From: Phycisphaerae bacterium
GTDB lineage: Bacteria > Planctomycetota > Phycisphaerae > FEN-1346
Direction of reading: 5' to 3'
Assembly: GCA_049678285.1 (NCBI GenBank)
Contig: JBAUDW010000071.1
Location: 294 to 64,293, forward strand
Length of the DNA: 64,000 bases
How positions within the stretch are numbered: the first letter of the stretch is position 1; each line of letters begins with the position of its first letter. A program made the position numbers and the translations under genes. A model generated the notes under the pieces. It had not been told where the DNA came from, searched no databases, and saw only the letters and a list, made by a program, of their open reading frames with translations. Below are positions 45,961 through 56,141 of this stretch, piece by piece.

Positions 45961-47336
45961 ACATGCTGCACGTGTCTGCGCTGCCCGTCTGGTCGATGGG
46001 GGGCAAGGGAGGCATGCCCTCGCTCCACGAGACGATCCGCGGCCACGTCGCGAGCGGCCACGGAATCACCCTCCTGCTGCCCCGCTACAACCTGATGTCG
46101 GACGACCTGGAGCCGGTCCAGGTGCCGCTTGGCATCGGCGCCGAGGTCCACGTCGTGCCGTGTCTGTGGCTGCCGGCCCTTAAGCGGGCCAGGGCCGCAG
46201 GCCGATATCTGGGGAAGGGAGGCGAGTTGCCGTACCCCCTCCGCTGGCTGCTCAACCTGGCAACCATGTTCCTGCTGACGGCCAGCTTGGTCTGGGCGGC
46301 CCTCAGGCTGAGGCATCGGGCAAGAAGGCGCTTCGACCTCGTGTACGCGCACAACCAGTATGCGGCGATGGCCGGATGGCTGATCGCCTGCATCCTGAAG
46401 GTGCCCAACGTGACCCGTCTCTACGGAACGTTCCTGGCAGATCTCATGAGAAGGCCACTGGTGTGGTTGCGCTACCCCGTGGCCGCGGCCGGCTACCTTG
46501 TCCCCCACGACTTGCTGATCTGCGCGAACGACGGAACGCGCGGCGACGAGGTCGCGCGGCAGCTGGGCATCGACCTCAAGCGTTTCCGATTCTGGCAGAA
46601 CGGCGTCGACAGGCCCGTTTCCCTTCCCGGGGACAGCCGCCATGCCCTTACGGACAAGGCCCCGGTCAATCTGCGGTGCGACAGCAGGTGGATCATCAGT
46701 TGCTCCCGACTGGCAAACTGGAAGCGGGTCGATCGTATCATCCGCGCGCTGCGGATCTGCCGATGTAAGGGCTGTGACGCGCAACTGCTGATCGTGGGGG
46801 ACGGTCCCGAGGCGGACAGGCTGAAATCCCTGGCCGCGGAGCAGGGAGTGGCCCGCGACGTCGTGTGGTTCGGGACCGTGGCGCACCGGGAGGTGTGGTG
46901 CCTCATGGGACTGTCCGACGTCTTCGTGATCGCCAACGACGTGACGAACCGCTGCAACCCTCTTTACGAGGCCATCTGCATGGGCTTGCCGGTCGTGTCC
47001 GTGTTCGACCCCAGTACGCAGGACCTGCTCAAGGATGGCGAGAACGCCTTGCTGGCGGACCGCGAAGACGAAGCCCGACTTGGCGAGCAGATGTACAGGG
47101 CCTGCACAGACGCCGACCGCGCGGCGCGAATGAGAGAGGCGCAGCGCCAGCGCGCCGATACGTTCTGGACCTGGGAAGCGCGCATGGAGGCGGAGGCCGC
47201 GGAACTCGCGAGGCTCGTTCGCCGCCGCCACGCCGCCTCTGGAAGCAAAAGCCCCGGCCGCGACACAAGGCAGCCCGCGCGCGGGGGGCAGGAACAAGGC
47301 TCCCGCTGGCCGGGGTACCGCAACCATGCCAGTTAA
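45957..47336 (+). CDS. GT4-family glycosyltransferase
   Basis: ATGA overlap with the deacetylase. C-terminal GT4 blocks (LLIVGDGPE.., NPLYEAICMGLPVVSV). Confidence 0.7.
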   Translation: MNMLHVSALPVWSMGGKGGMPSLHETIRGHVASGHGITLLLPRYNLMSDDLEPVQVPLGIGAEVHVVPCLWLPALKRARAAGRYLGKGGELPYPLRWLLNLATMFLLTASLVWAALRLRHRARRRFDLVYAHNQYAAMAGWLIACILKVPNVTRLYGTFLADLMRRPLVWLRYPVAAAGYLVPHDLLICANDGTRGDEVARQLGIDLKRFRFWQNGVDRPVSLPGDSRHALTDKAPVNLRCDSRWIISCSRLANWKRVDRIIRALRICRCKGCDAQLLIVGDGPEADRLKSLAAEQGVARDVVWFGTVAHREVWCLMGLSDVFVIANDVTNRCNPLYEAICMGLPVVSVFDPSTQDLLKDGENALLADREDEARLGEQMYRACTDADRAARMREAQRQRADTFWTWEARMEAEAAELARLVRRRHAASGSKSPGRDTRQPARGGQEQGSRWPGYRNHAS

Positions 47337-49947
47337 GACTCTCCTGTTTCTGGGAGGCTTCGCCGCTGTCGCCGTCGCGACGTTCTTCCACCCCCTGATC
47401 GGCGTCCTCGGTTACGCGGCAAACTACTGCATCGGCCCGGAGCGGCAATGGTGGGCGGCCGCCGTCAAGGACTGGGGCCTCCGGTACTCATTCACCCTGG
47501 CGGCCCTGACTGCGGTAAGCGCGCTCATCCACCGGCGAAAGTTGAACTACGGCAAGGTCCTGCTGGTGCGACACGAGAAACTCCTGCTCCTGTTCCTCGG
47601 AGCTGTGTGGCTGGCCTACCTGCTGGCGGCGCCCACCGAGGGACGATACAGCACCGTCGACCCTCCCGCCGTCAAGATGGTCAAGGTGATGATCTTTGTC
47701 CTCATGCTGACCCACATCGTCACGACCAGACAGAGGCTGGATGCATTCCTTTGGGCGTTGGTCGTTGGCGCGATGGTCCTGGGAATCCAGGCCTGGACGA
47801 CGCCCCGGTCCCAGTTCCTCCAAGGGCGACTTCAGGGCATCGGCGGCCCGGACTTCACGGACGCGAACTTCCTTGCGGCGTACCTGGCGGCCATGTTGCC
47901 GCTGATCGGGGTGATATTCCTTCGCACGACGTGGCCCGGGAAGGTCCTGTGCCTGGGGTCAGGTGTCTTCGTCACCAACGCCATCATCCTCACCCGCAGT
48001 CGCGGCGCGCTGGTCGGGCTCGCCGGAGGCCTGCTGACGGCCGTGCTCCTCGCGCCCAGGAAGTACCGTGCCAAGATCCTCATTGGCCTGGTGGTGGCCG
48101 GCATCGGCGGCTACGCGCTCACGGATCCGCAGTTCATCCAACGCGCCGCCACCATCACGCGCGACAGCGAGGAACGCGACCGTGCCTCGCAGAGCCGGCT
48201 GGAGATCTGGGAGGGCGGCGTGGCAATGTTCCAGGATCATCCGATGGGCGTCGGCCCTGGAAATTTCTACCAGAACATCGGCCGCTACTCCCCCGTCAAC
48301 GCCGGCAAGGACGCCCACAACACGTTCGTCCGCTGTTTCACCGAGTTGGGGTTCCTCGGCATCGCCATTTTCCTCGCCCTGCTGGGTAACGCGGCAATTA
48401 CCCTTATACGCATGATAAGACGCTCAAGGAGGCTTCCCGCGGAGGAGGGAAGGTACCTCCTGCTGGCAGCCTATGCGATCGCCGTCAGCCTCGCCACTTT
48501 CGTCACGAGCGGCCTGACGGTGAGTTTCGTATACACGGAGGCCACCTGGTGGCTGCTGGCCCTGCCCGTCTGTCTGGAGCGTGCCGTCGCGAACCTCGAG
48601 GCCGAGGTCGTGCCCGTCTTGCCGGGCCGGAGGGGCCCTGCCCGCGCGCGAGTCGCCGCCTCCGCAGGAAGCCGCCCTTCGACCGGCCGAGGCCGGCCGA
48701 GGGCCCGCGGCCAGTCCACGGGACCCTACATGAGCCGAACCGAACCCCTGGGGGCATCCGCGCCACGTGCCGCGACGCCGGCCGACACCGCCCGGCACGA
48801 GCCGGCGCCTGACGCTCGCCGTGTGGCGATCCTCACCTCTGAACTGGGCGCCGGCGGCGCCGAGGCGGTCATTGTCCACCTGGCCGCGGGCCTGAAGACG
48901 CAGGGCGTCGAAGCGGTCGTCTGTTGCCTCCAAAGCAAGGGCGTCCGGGCAGCCGAGTTGGAGTCGCGCGGCGTGCCTGTCCATGCCCTCGAGAGCGCCC
49001 GGGGGTACGACCTCGGTGCCCTGATAGGTCTCCGGCGCTTCCTGAACACGTTCAGGCCCGATGTCGTGAGTGTTCATGACCGGTGGAGCCTGCCCTACGC
49101 CGCCCTGGTCTCTCTCGCCGGATGCCGGTGGCCGATTGTTTTCACGTCGCACGGCCTCATGTTTGGCGAACCCGAACGAGGCCGATGGCGGTACCGACTG
49201 GCGGCCCGACGTGTCTCGGCCGTGACCGCGGTGTCTCGCGAAGTGGCCGACCGTCATACCCGCTACTTCGGCTGGTCTGTCGAGCCCGAGATCGTGCCAA
49301 ACGGAGTGCCGCCCCAGAGGCGCTGCCCGGACCAGCGCCGCAGAATACGCGGTGAACTCGGGATCGCCAACGGGACCTTCGTGTTCCTGGCGGCCGGAAA
49401 CGCCCGACCCGAGAAGGCGTTCGAGGACCTGCTCCGTGCCGCGGCGGACCTGGGCGGCTCAGGCGCCCCGCGGGACTGGGCGGTCCTGGTGGCCGGGCGG
49501 ATCGCCGAGACCGACTACTGCCGGAACCTTCTCGCTCTTCACCAGCGTCTCGGCCTGACGCGGGTCGTCCGGTTCCTGGGTTTCCGGGACGACCTTGGGG
49601 CCCTGTACTCGGCCGCCGACGCCTTCGTGCTGTCCAGCCGGAGCGAGGGACTCCCCCTGGTCGTGCTCGAAGCCATGATGGCAGGTCTGCCGGTGATTGC
49701 CACTCGCGTCGGCGGCGTACCTCATGCGGTACAGGATGGCGGGGAACTGGTCGACCCGGCCCGCCCCGATCAACTCGGCCAGGCCATGCGCCGCCTCCTT
49801 GAGACGCCTCACCGGGCGGAAGCGATGGGCCTCCGGGCAAGCCAGAGGGCCATGAGCGAGTACAGTCTGGACCGGATGGTCACGCGCTACCGGGCGGTCT
49901 TTGACCGCGTCGTCTCATGCCACGGGCACAAGCGAAGGCACGGCTAG
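47326..49947 (+). CDS. Wzy/O-antigen-ligase-like polymerase domain fused (or directly followed in frame) by a GT4 glycosyltransferase domain
   Basis: The N-terminal ~430 aa are polytopic with the Wzy_C-like loop ..LTRSRGALVGLAGGLL... After a ~60-aa Arg/Ala/Pro-rich linker comes a complete GT4 domain (RVAILTSELGAGGAEAVIV..EGLPLVVLEAMMAGLPVIATRVGG). An in-frame ATG at 48730 would allow a separate second gene. Confidence 0.55.
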   Translation: MPVKTLLFLGGFAAVAVATFFHPLIGVLGYAANYCIGPERQWWAAAVKDWGLRYSFTLAALTAVSALIHRRKLNYGKVLLVRHEKLLLLFLGAVWLAYLLAAPTEGRYSTVDPPAVKMVKVMIFVLMLTHIVTTRQRLDAFLWALVVGAMVLGIQAWTTPRSQFLQGRLQGIGGPDFTDANFLAAYLAAMLPLIGVIFLRTTWPGKVLCLGSGVFVTNAIILTRSRGALVGLAGGLLTAVLLAPRKYRAKILIGLVVAGIGGYALTDPQFIQRAATITRDSEERDRASQSRLEIWEGGVAMFQDHPMGVGPGNFYQNIGRYSPVNAGKDAHNTFVRCFTELGFLGIAIFLALLGNAAITLIRMIRRSRRLPAEEGRYLLLAAYAIAVSLATFVTSGLTVSFVYTEATWWLLALPVCLERAVANLEAEVVPVLPGRRGPARARVAASAGSRPSTGRGRPRARGQSTGPYMSRTEPLGASAPRAATPADTARHEPAPDARRVAILTSELGAGGAEAVIVHLAAGLKTQGVEAVVCCLQSKGVRAAELESRGVPVHALESARGYDLGALIGLRRFLNTFRPDVVSVHDRWSLPYAALVSLAGCRWPIVFTSHGLMFGEPERGRWRYRLAARRVSAVTAVSREVADRHTRYFGWSVEPEIVPNGVPPQRRCPDQRRRIRGELGIANGTFVFLAAGNARPEKAFEDLLRAAADLGGSGAPRDWAVLVAGRIAETDYCRNLLALHQRLGLTRVVRFLGFRDDLGALYSAADAFVLSSRSEGLPLVVLEAMMAGLPVIATRVGGVPHAVQDGGELVDPARPDQLGQAMRRLLETPHRAEAMGLRASQRAMSEYSLDRMVTRYRAVFDRVVSCHGHKRRHG

Positions 49948-49956
49948 AAGCGTCGC

Positions 49957-51111
49957 ATGCACATTCTGTCCTTCTCATATTGCTTTCCGCGACACCAGGA
50001 CCCGACCTGGGGGGTGTTTGTCCTCCAGCGGCTGGCGGCCCTGGCGCGCCTGGTCGACCTCGAGGTCGCCAGTCCCGTGCCGGTGTTCCCGCTCCTGAGT
50101 CGCCTGCGCGGCCGCCTGCCCGCGCCCACCGAGGAGCACGCGGGCCTTCCTGTCCATTATCCGCGGTTCCTCTACGTCCCGGGCATCCTCAAGTCCATGG
50201 ACACCCGCCTGTACGCGCGCGGCCTGCGCGGGTGGCTGCGGGAGTATCTGCGGAAGCGGCCGGTCGACCTGCTGGACGCGCATTTTATCTGGCCCGACGG
50301 CGTGGGGGTTTCGCGCCTTGCCTGGCAGGCGGGGCTTCCCTACACGATTACCCTCCGGGGCAAGATCTACCCGTGCCTTGAAGACCGCCGCATGAAGCGG
50401 CAGTGCGCGGAGGCCCTACGACACGCGGCCGCCGTCATCAGCGTCAGCACGCCGATGGCGTTTGTTGCGGCCGACCTCGGCGCCCCGCCGGAGCGGATCC
50501 ACGTGATCCCGAATGGAGTGGACACAGAGGTCTTCTCGCCGAAGGACAAGGCCTGGGCGCGCGGCGAACTCGGGCTGCCGCTCGAAGGCCGGCTCCTCGT
50601 GACCGTTGGCCACCTGAAACCAAGCAAAGGCCACGGCGAGGTGGTTCAGGCCCTGGCCGGACTGCCGCGCGACATTCGCCTGGTGATCGTCGGCGGGGAA
50701 GCCCAGAGCGGCTATCGGCGCGAGTTGATGGCTCTGGCCAGCCGCCTGGGAGTGGCAGACCGCGTCTTGCTCACCGGGAAACAGCCCTACGAGCGGATCC
50801 CGCTCTACTTCAGCGCCGCGGACCTGAGTGTCCTGGCATCCTACCGCGAAGGATGCCCGAACGTGGTACTCGAAAGCCTCGCGTGCGGGACGCCCGTTGT
50901 CGCCACGCGGGTAGGGGCCGTCCCGGACCTCTTGACACCGGGCCGGAATGGTGCCATCGTACCTGTCGGCGACGCGGAGGCCTTGGCAGGGGCCCTCAGG
51001 GACACCCTTGCGGGGGTATGGCCGCCCGACGCGGTCAGCCGATCCCCGGCGGTCCGTTCGTGGGACGAGGTGGCCGAGCGCGTCCGCCGGGTCTTCGCCG
51101 CGGTCGTGTGA
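49957..51111 (+). CDS. GT4-family glycosyltransferase
   Basis: MHILSFSYCFP N-terminus and EGCPNVVLESLACGTPVVATRVG C-terminal block. Confidence 0.75.
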   Translation: MHILSFSYCFPRHQDPTWGVFVLQRLAALARLVDLEVASPVPVFPLLSRLRGRLPAPTEEHAGLPVHYPRFLYVPGILKSMDTRLYARGLRGWLREYLRKRPVDLLDAHFIWPDGVGVSRLAWQAGLPYTITLRGKIYPCLEDRRMKRQCAEALRHAAAVISVSTPMAFVAADLGAPPERIHVIPNGVDTEVFSPKDKAWARGELGLPLEGRLLVTVGHLKPSKGHGEVVQALAGLPRDIRLVIVGGEAQSGYRRELMALASRLGVADRVLLTGKQPYERIPLYFSAADLSVLASYREGCPNVVLESLACGTPVVATRVGAVPDLLTPGRNGAIVPVGDAEALAGALRDTLAGVWPPDAVSRSPAVRSWDEVAERVRRVFAAVV

Positions 51112-51131
51112 CGCCACCCAAAGGGGCTTGC

Positions 51132-52382
51132 ATGCTCAAGGCCGTCGCGAAGCGTCTTGTCGGGGCTCGGCTGTGGCGCGCGGCCCGGCTGGGTCGTGAG
51201 ACGCTCCGCTGCTACCGGAAGTACCTGTTCGGCAACGGCGCCGCCGACCCGCCGCGCCGCCTCGCCTATGAGGTCACCTATTCGTGCAACGCCCGGTGCC
51301 TCATGTGTCCCCTGTACGGCGAGCACCGCGACGGGCAGCGCCGGGCCGACGAGACGCCCGAGGCGCGCGAACTGACGACCGAGGAAGCCAGACATCTGCT
51401 GGAGGAATGCCGCGACCTCGGCGTCAGGCACGTCACGTTTACGGGGGGCGAGCCCTTCCTCCGTAGAGACCTGGCCGAACTGGTGACCGCCGCCGCTGCA
51501 CTCGGCATTGAGACCGGGGTGATTACCAACGGCAGCCTGTTGAACGCGCAGCGGGCCTCGGAAATCGTCGCCGCGGGCCTCCACCAACTGCACATTTCGG
51601 TCGACGGCCCCGCGGAGGTCCACGACGGCATTCGGCGCGTCCCCGGCATGTTCGCGCGCATCGACCGGAACATCGGTTCCCTTCGCGCGGCCCAGAAGGA
51701 ACTCAAACGGCGCAACCCGCAGGTCACCATCGGGTGCACCGTGTCGGCCCTGAACCAGGACCGGCTGGACGAGATCGTCGATGCAGCGGCCCGATGGCAG
51801 ACGCCCCTGAGCCTCCTGCCGATCTTCTACTCGACGCCCGCCCAGGACGACGCGACGCGCCGGATGGTCCGAATGGCCGAGGGCAAGCCGGAAGACTGGC
51901 ACCTCCCTTCCCGCGTCCGCGAGGTGGACGTCGAGGCGCTGGCGGCGTCGCTGGCCCGCACCCGCCGGGCCGCCCGGCAGCGCGGCGTCGAAGTGGAGTT
52001 GGGCATCGAGACCCGCGATGACATCCGCCGCCGCTACTACCGCCCGTGGTACGCCGACAACAACAAGTGCCTCTATCCCTGGCACACGGTTCGACTAAGC
52101 CCTGACGGCGAGGTCTACCCCTGCTCGATCATGGTGCCGATGGGCAACGTGCGAAGCCGATCGCTGGCCGCCATCTGGAATGGCGAGACCTATAAGGCCT
52201 TTCGGCGCCGGCTCCGGGGCGTAGGCCTCTTCCCCAAGTGCGCCAAGTGCTGCGCCCTGAACAAACATGACCTGATCTGCGGGTGGCTGCCCCGTTTTGT
52301 GTGGGGGGCGCCGCCGGGCTTCCGCGGACGTCCGGCAGCCGGGCGAGGTCGGGACCCGTCGGGCATCGGGGGCCCGTTTTGA
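51132..52382 (+). CDS. radical SAM enzyme with C-terminal SPASM/twitch domain
   Basis: CNARCLMCP (CxxxCxxC) near the N-terminus, a GGEPFL SAM-binding block, and a C-terminal Cys cluster (..YPCSIMVP.., FPKCAKCCALN). The start is chosen at the ATG at 51132; the longer track ORF from 50403 is read-through of the upstream gene. Confidence 0.8.
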   Translation: MLKAVAKRLVGARLWRAARLGRETLRCYRKYLFGNGAADPPRRLAYEVTYSCNARCLMCPLYGEHRDGQRRADETPEARELTTEEARHLLEECRDLGVRHVTFTGGEPFLRRDLAELVTAAAALGIETGVITNGSLLNAQRASEIVAAGLHQLHISVDGPAEVHDGIRRVPGMFARIDRNIGSLRAAQKELKRRNPQVTIGCTVSALNQDRLDEIVDAAARWQTPLSLLPIFYSTPAQDDATRRMVRMAEGKPEDWHLPSRVREVDVEALAASLARTRRAARQRGVEVELGIETRDDIRRRYYRPWYADNNKCLYPWHTVRLSPDGEVYPCSIMVPMGNVRSRSLAAIWNGETYKAFRRRLRGVGLFPKCAKCCALNKHDLICGWLPRFVWGAPPGFRGRPAAGRGRDPSGIGGPF

Positions 52383-53650
52383 GGTCGATCAAGCCGCAAC
52401 TGAAAGGGCCGACGCGCGGCGAGCCGCCATCGCGCCGCGTCCTGGCCATCGTCGGCGACTCACAGGTCGGCCTGTGGGTGGTGCGGAGCCTCGGGCGCCG
52501 CGGCCTAGCGGCGCCGGCCGTTTGTCACAGCGAGCGCGGCCTGTCGGCGCACAGCCGCTACGGGTGCGGCGCGTGGCAGATCGAGTCGCGGCCGGGCGAC
52601 GCGGGCTTCGCCGACGAGATCGAAGGGCTCGTCCGCCAGACCGGGGCCGGGTCGATCCTGGCCATCGCCGAGTCGTATCACCGGGCCCTCATCGCCTGCC
52701 GCGACCGGTTCGAGCCCGACGTCCACGTCTTCAGTCCGCCGGCTGATTGCTTTGCAAAGGCCTGCGACAAGGAGTATATGTACGACCAGGCGCGGCGGCT
52801 CGGCATCCCCGTCGCGCGCGGCACGACACTCATCAGGTTGATGACCGACCCGGCTGGCGAATCGCTGCAGTACCCCCTGGTCCTGCGCACGCGCAACCAG
52901 AACGCCGACGCGGGCGTCGCGCCCTGGAAGGCCGCCTACGCCGAGGACGCCGCGCAACTTCGCGAACTCCACGAGGCCATCCGCCCCAGCGCCGCAAACG
53001 TCCTCGTCCAGGAGTACCGTCCGGGCGTTGAGGACCACGTGCAGATCCTCATGCACCGGGGCGAGCCGTTCATGGTCGGCGAGTACATCGGCGAGCATCA
53101 CATGCCTCTGGCGGGCGGCGTGACGGTCCAGCGCATCACTTGCCGGCACAAGGACCTCATCCGCGACGCCGTGCGGCTGCTTCAGGCCATCGGCTGGGAG
53201 GGCATCGCGGGCGTCCAGTTCCACTACGACCCCCAGACGGGCAAGTACATCTTCCTGGAGATCAACCCGCGGTTCATCGGCGGCCTCCCCACCGTTATCA
53301 TGGCGGGTTTCGACGCGCCCTTCCTCCTCTGGCAGAGCCACTTCGAGCCCCAAGAGATGAAGCCGACCCCGTACCGGCTGGGGCTGCGGACCCGAATCCT
53401 GGGCGGCGACGCCAACTGGATGCTTGCGATGATCCGGGGCGACCCCCTTCCACCGGGCCAGAAGCGATTGAGCAAGGCCTCCGCTGTCGCCCGGTTCCTC
53501 TGGAACTGCGGCCCGTGGACGCGCGACGACACCTTCTGGTGGCGCGACCCCAAGCCGTTCTGGGTGGACCTGCGGTCGATGGCCCGGAAACTTCGCGAGC
53601 GGTCGGTCGACCTCATCGGGAACCCCGAGGCCCGGGAGCCCCAGCGATGA
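52379..53650 (+). CDS. ATP-grasp-fold ligase (carboxylate-amine ligase-like)
   Basis: RRVLAIVGDSQVGLWVVRSLG pre-ATP-grasp region and a core with ..YPLVLRTRNQ.., ..VLVQEYRPG.., ..GIAGVQFHYDPQTGKYIFLEINPRF... A probable TTG start overlaps the upstream stop; the start is uncertain. Confidence 0.65.
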   Translation: MRSIKPQLKGPTRGEPPSRRVLAIVGDSQVGLWVVRSLGRRGLAAPAVCHSERGLSAHSRYGCGAWQIESRPGDAGFADEIEGLVRQTGAGSILAIAESYHRALIACRDRFEPDVHVFSPPADCFAKACDKEYMYDQARRLGIPVARGTTLIRLMTDPAGESLQYPLVLRTRNQNADAGVAPWKAAYAEDAAQLRELHEAIRPSAANVLVQEYRPGVEDHVQILMHRGEPFMVGEYIGEHHMPLAGGVTVQRITCRHKDLIRDAVRLLQAIGWEGIAGVQFHYDPQTGKYIFLEINPRFIGGLPTVIMAGFDAPFLLWQSHFEPQEMKPTPYRLGLRTRILGGDANWMLAMIRGDPLPPGQKRLSKASAVARFLWNCGPWTRDDTFWWRDPKPFWVDLRSMARKLRERSVDLIGNPEAREPQR

Positions 53651-54651
53651 AGCCGGGAGTCTACCTCACCGTCGACGTCGAATGCAGCATGGGCGGTGCG
53701 TGGGCAAATCCGGCGCTGCGGCCGGTGCCCCCCAGCCGCGCCATGATGGGCGAGTACGGCCAGCGGCGGCTCGGCGTGCCGCTCATCACCGAGATCCTGA
53801 ACCGCTGCGGCCTGGCGGCCACGTTCTTCGTCGAGGCGTTCGCAGAAGAGCAGGGCTACCCGGGCCAGACGGAGCCCGTCTGCCAGTACCTGGTGGACCG
53901 CGGCCAGGACGTGCAACTGCACATCCATCCCAATCACAAGCATTACGGGCAGAAGCAGAAGGGCCTGCCGTACGTGTTTACCGACGACTTCTCCGCCGTC
54001 AGCCCCCAGGAGCAGCTGGACCTGCTCGTAGAAGGGGTCGCGCGGCTGGCCCGCTGGACCGGCCGGCCGCCAGTGGCCTTCCGGGCCGGGAACATGGCTG
54101 CCTCGGAGGAGACGCTCAAACTGCTCCCCCAGGTGGGCATCCGGATCGATTCGAGTTACGCCTTCCCGTTCGCCGGAGGCCAGTGCCGCTTCAGCCCCGC
54201 CGACCCGTACAACGGGTCCCGATGGTACGGCGGAGTTCTGGAGCTGGCGCTCTCGGGGTTCCGCCTGCCGCGCCTGCCGGGCGAGGGCTGCGCCAAGCCG
54301 CTGGACATCGTGGGCGTCTCGTTCGAGGAGTGCCGCGAGGCCATCCGCCTTATCTGCAGCGCGGGGGCCGATGCGGTCCTCATCCTGCACAGTTTCAGCC
54401 TGTTCAAGGTTCGCAACGTGCAGTACGACAGCGGGCGGATGAACTGGATCGTGGCGCGGCGCCTGCGGCGGCTCTGCGAGTGGCTGGCGGCCTACGCCAA
54501 GGAGTTCCCGACGTATACCTTCTCACGGTTGAGCCGTGCGATTGCCGATAATCAGCACGAGACCAGGGCCGTCCCCCCGCCGCGGCTGTCGGGGGCGCGG
54601 GCCCTCGTGCGCAAGGCCATCCAAGTATACAACACTCTGTATTGGACTTGA
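53647..54651 (+). CDS. divergent polysaccharide deacetylase/CE4-like hydrolase
   Basis: ATGA overlap with the ATP-grasp gene. VYLTVDVECS (DVE block as in exosortase-locus deacetylases), ATFFVEAF, LHIHPNH (His pair). Confidence 0.5.
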   Translation: MKPGVYLTVDVECSMGGAWANPALRPVPPSRAMMGEYGQRRLGVPLITEILNRCGLAATFFVEAFAEEQGYPGQTEPVCQYLVDRGQDVQLHIHPNHKHYGQKQKGLPYVFTDDFSAVSPQEQLDLLVEGVARLARWTGRPPVAFRAGNMAASEETLKLLPQVGIRIDSSYAFPFAGGQCRFSPADPYNGSRWYGGVLELALSGFRLPRLPGEGCAKPLDIVGVSFEECREAIRLICSAGADAVLILHSFSLFKVRNVQYDSGRMNWIVARRLRRLCEWLAAYAKEFPTYTFSRLSRAIADNQHETRAVPPPRLSGARALVRKAIQVYNTLYWT

Positions 54652-54692
54652 ACCTCAGCAGGCGGCGCTACGAGGCGCCGGGGGGTGGATGC

Positions 54693-56072
54693 ATGCTGCC
54701 AGTCGTTGCCCGAACGTTCGCCAGGATTCAGGAGCGGCTCCTGGGTCGGCGGACCTTCGCCATCCTCAAGGAACTCGAGGAGAGCCAGTGGTGGCCGCGC
54801 GACCGGATCGCGGCGCTGCAGCTGGATCGTCTACGGGACCTTGCGGCGTCGGCCTACGAGCACACGCCGTACTGGCGCGCGCTGATGAATGAGCGGGGGA
54901 TTTCGCCGGGCGACCTGCAGACGCTGGACGACCTGCGGCGGTTTCCGCTGCTGGAGAAGTCAACGCTCCGCGACCAGCGTGAGAACATGGTCTGGCGCAA
55001 GGAGGGCCGCCGGGTCAAACTCGTCCGCACCAGCGGCTCGACGAACGAGGCCCTCCAGTTCTATACGAGTTCCAGCCGCGAGGCCGCGATCAATGCGGCC
55101 CGCATCCGCGGCCACCGCTGGATCGGCATCAACAAGGGAGACAAGGAAGTGTACTTCTGGGGCTCGCCCGTCGAACTCCACGCCCAAGACCGCATCAAGC
55201 GCCTGCGCGACTGGCTCGTGAACGAGCCGCTCAGCGACGGCTTCGAGATCACCGAGGAGCGGGCCGTACGGTACATCGAAGACTGGAAATGCTGGCGCCC
55301 GAAGTGCATTTTCGGCTACCCGAACACTTTCCTGCTGACCGTCCAGATGGCCGAGAAGGTCGGCATCGACCTGAAGGAGGTCGGGCGTCGCGGCACGCGG
55401 CTCCTGTGCACCACGTCGGAAATGCTGGGCGAGGTGAACCGGCGGATCATCGGCGAGGCCTTCGGCCTGCCGGTCTACGACTCGTTCGGCCTGCGCGAGG
55501 CCGCCCTGGTGGGCCACGAGTGCGACCGCTTCACCATGCACACCACCGACGAGCACGTCATCCTAGAGACGATCGACCCGCAGACGCTGGAGCCGACCGG
55601 CGGCGAGGGGGAACTCGTCGTCACGAGTCTCATCAGCCGCGTGATGCCCATCATCCGCTACCGCACCGGGGACATCGTGACGCTGTCGAATGAACCGTGT
55701 GCGTGCGGCCGGTCGCTGAGGAGCCTGGTCGTGAGCGGCGGGCGGATCGCCGACTTCGTGGTCACCCGCCAGGGCAAGTGGGTGGCTGGGTACTTCCTCA
55801 TCTATATTTGCCGGAGCGTACCGGGGATCGTCAAGTTCCAGGCGGTCCAGGACCGCGTGGGCGAGGTCCGCGTCTCGCTGGTGACCGACGCGCAGTTCCC
55901 GGCCGATGGCGTGGAGCGGGTCAAGGCGGCCGTGCAGGCGCGCCTGGCGAGCGACGACGAGATCTTTGTTGAATGCGTCGACGACATCTGGCCCGCGCCG
56001 TCCGGCAAGTACCGGCCCGTCATCGGCAACCTAGCCGAGGCGTTGCGCAAGCGCGGCCGGTACGAGCCTTGA
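54693..56072 (+). CDS. CapK-like / PaaK-family adenylate-forming enzyme (phenylacetate-CoA-ligase-like)
   Basis: WWPRDRIAALQLDRLRDLAASAYEHTPYWRALM..LDDLRRFPLLEKSTLR (PaaK N-domain) and TSGSTNEALQF (adenylation P-loop-like motif). Confidence 0.75.
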   Translation: MLPVVARTFARIQERLLGRRTFAILKELEESQWWPRDRIAALQLDRLRDLAASAYEHTPYWRALMNERGISPGDLQTLDDLRRFPLLEKSTLRDQRENMVWRKEGRRVKLVRTSGSTNEALQFYTSSSREAAINAARIRGHRWIGINKGDKEVYFWGSPVELHAQDRIKRLRDWLVNEPLSDGFEITEERAVRYIEDWKCWRPKCIFGYPNTFLLTVQMAEKVGIDLKEVGRRGTRLLCTTSEMLGEVNRRIIGEAFGLPVYDSFGLREAALVGHECDRFTMHTTDEHVILETIDPQTLEPTGGEGELVVTSLISRVMPIIRYRTGDIVTLSNEPCACGRSLRSLVVSGGRIADFVVTRQGKWVAGYFLIYICRSVPGIVKFQAVQDRVGEVRVSLVTDAQFPADGVERVKAAVQARLASDDEIFVECVDDIWPAPSGKYRPVIGNLAEALRKRGRYEP

Positions 56073-56141
56073 GGTAGCGGCGAGCTCGCCAGTTTCGCGG
56101 TTCCATTACTCCTGGGGAATGCGGCTCGCGCGCGATGCCGA

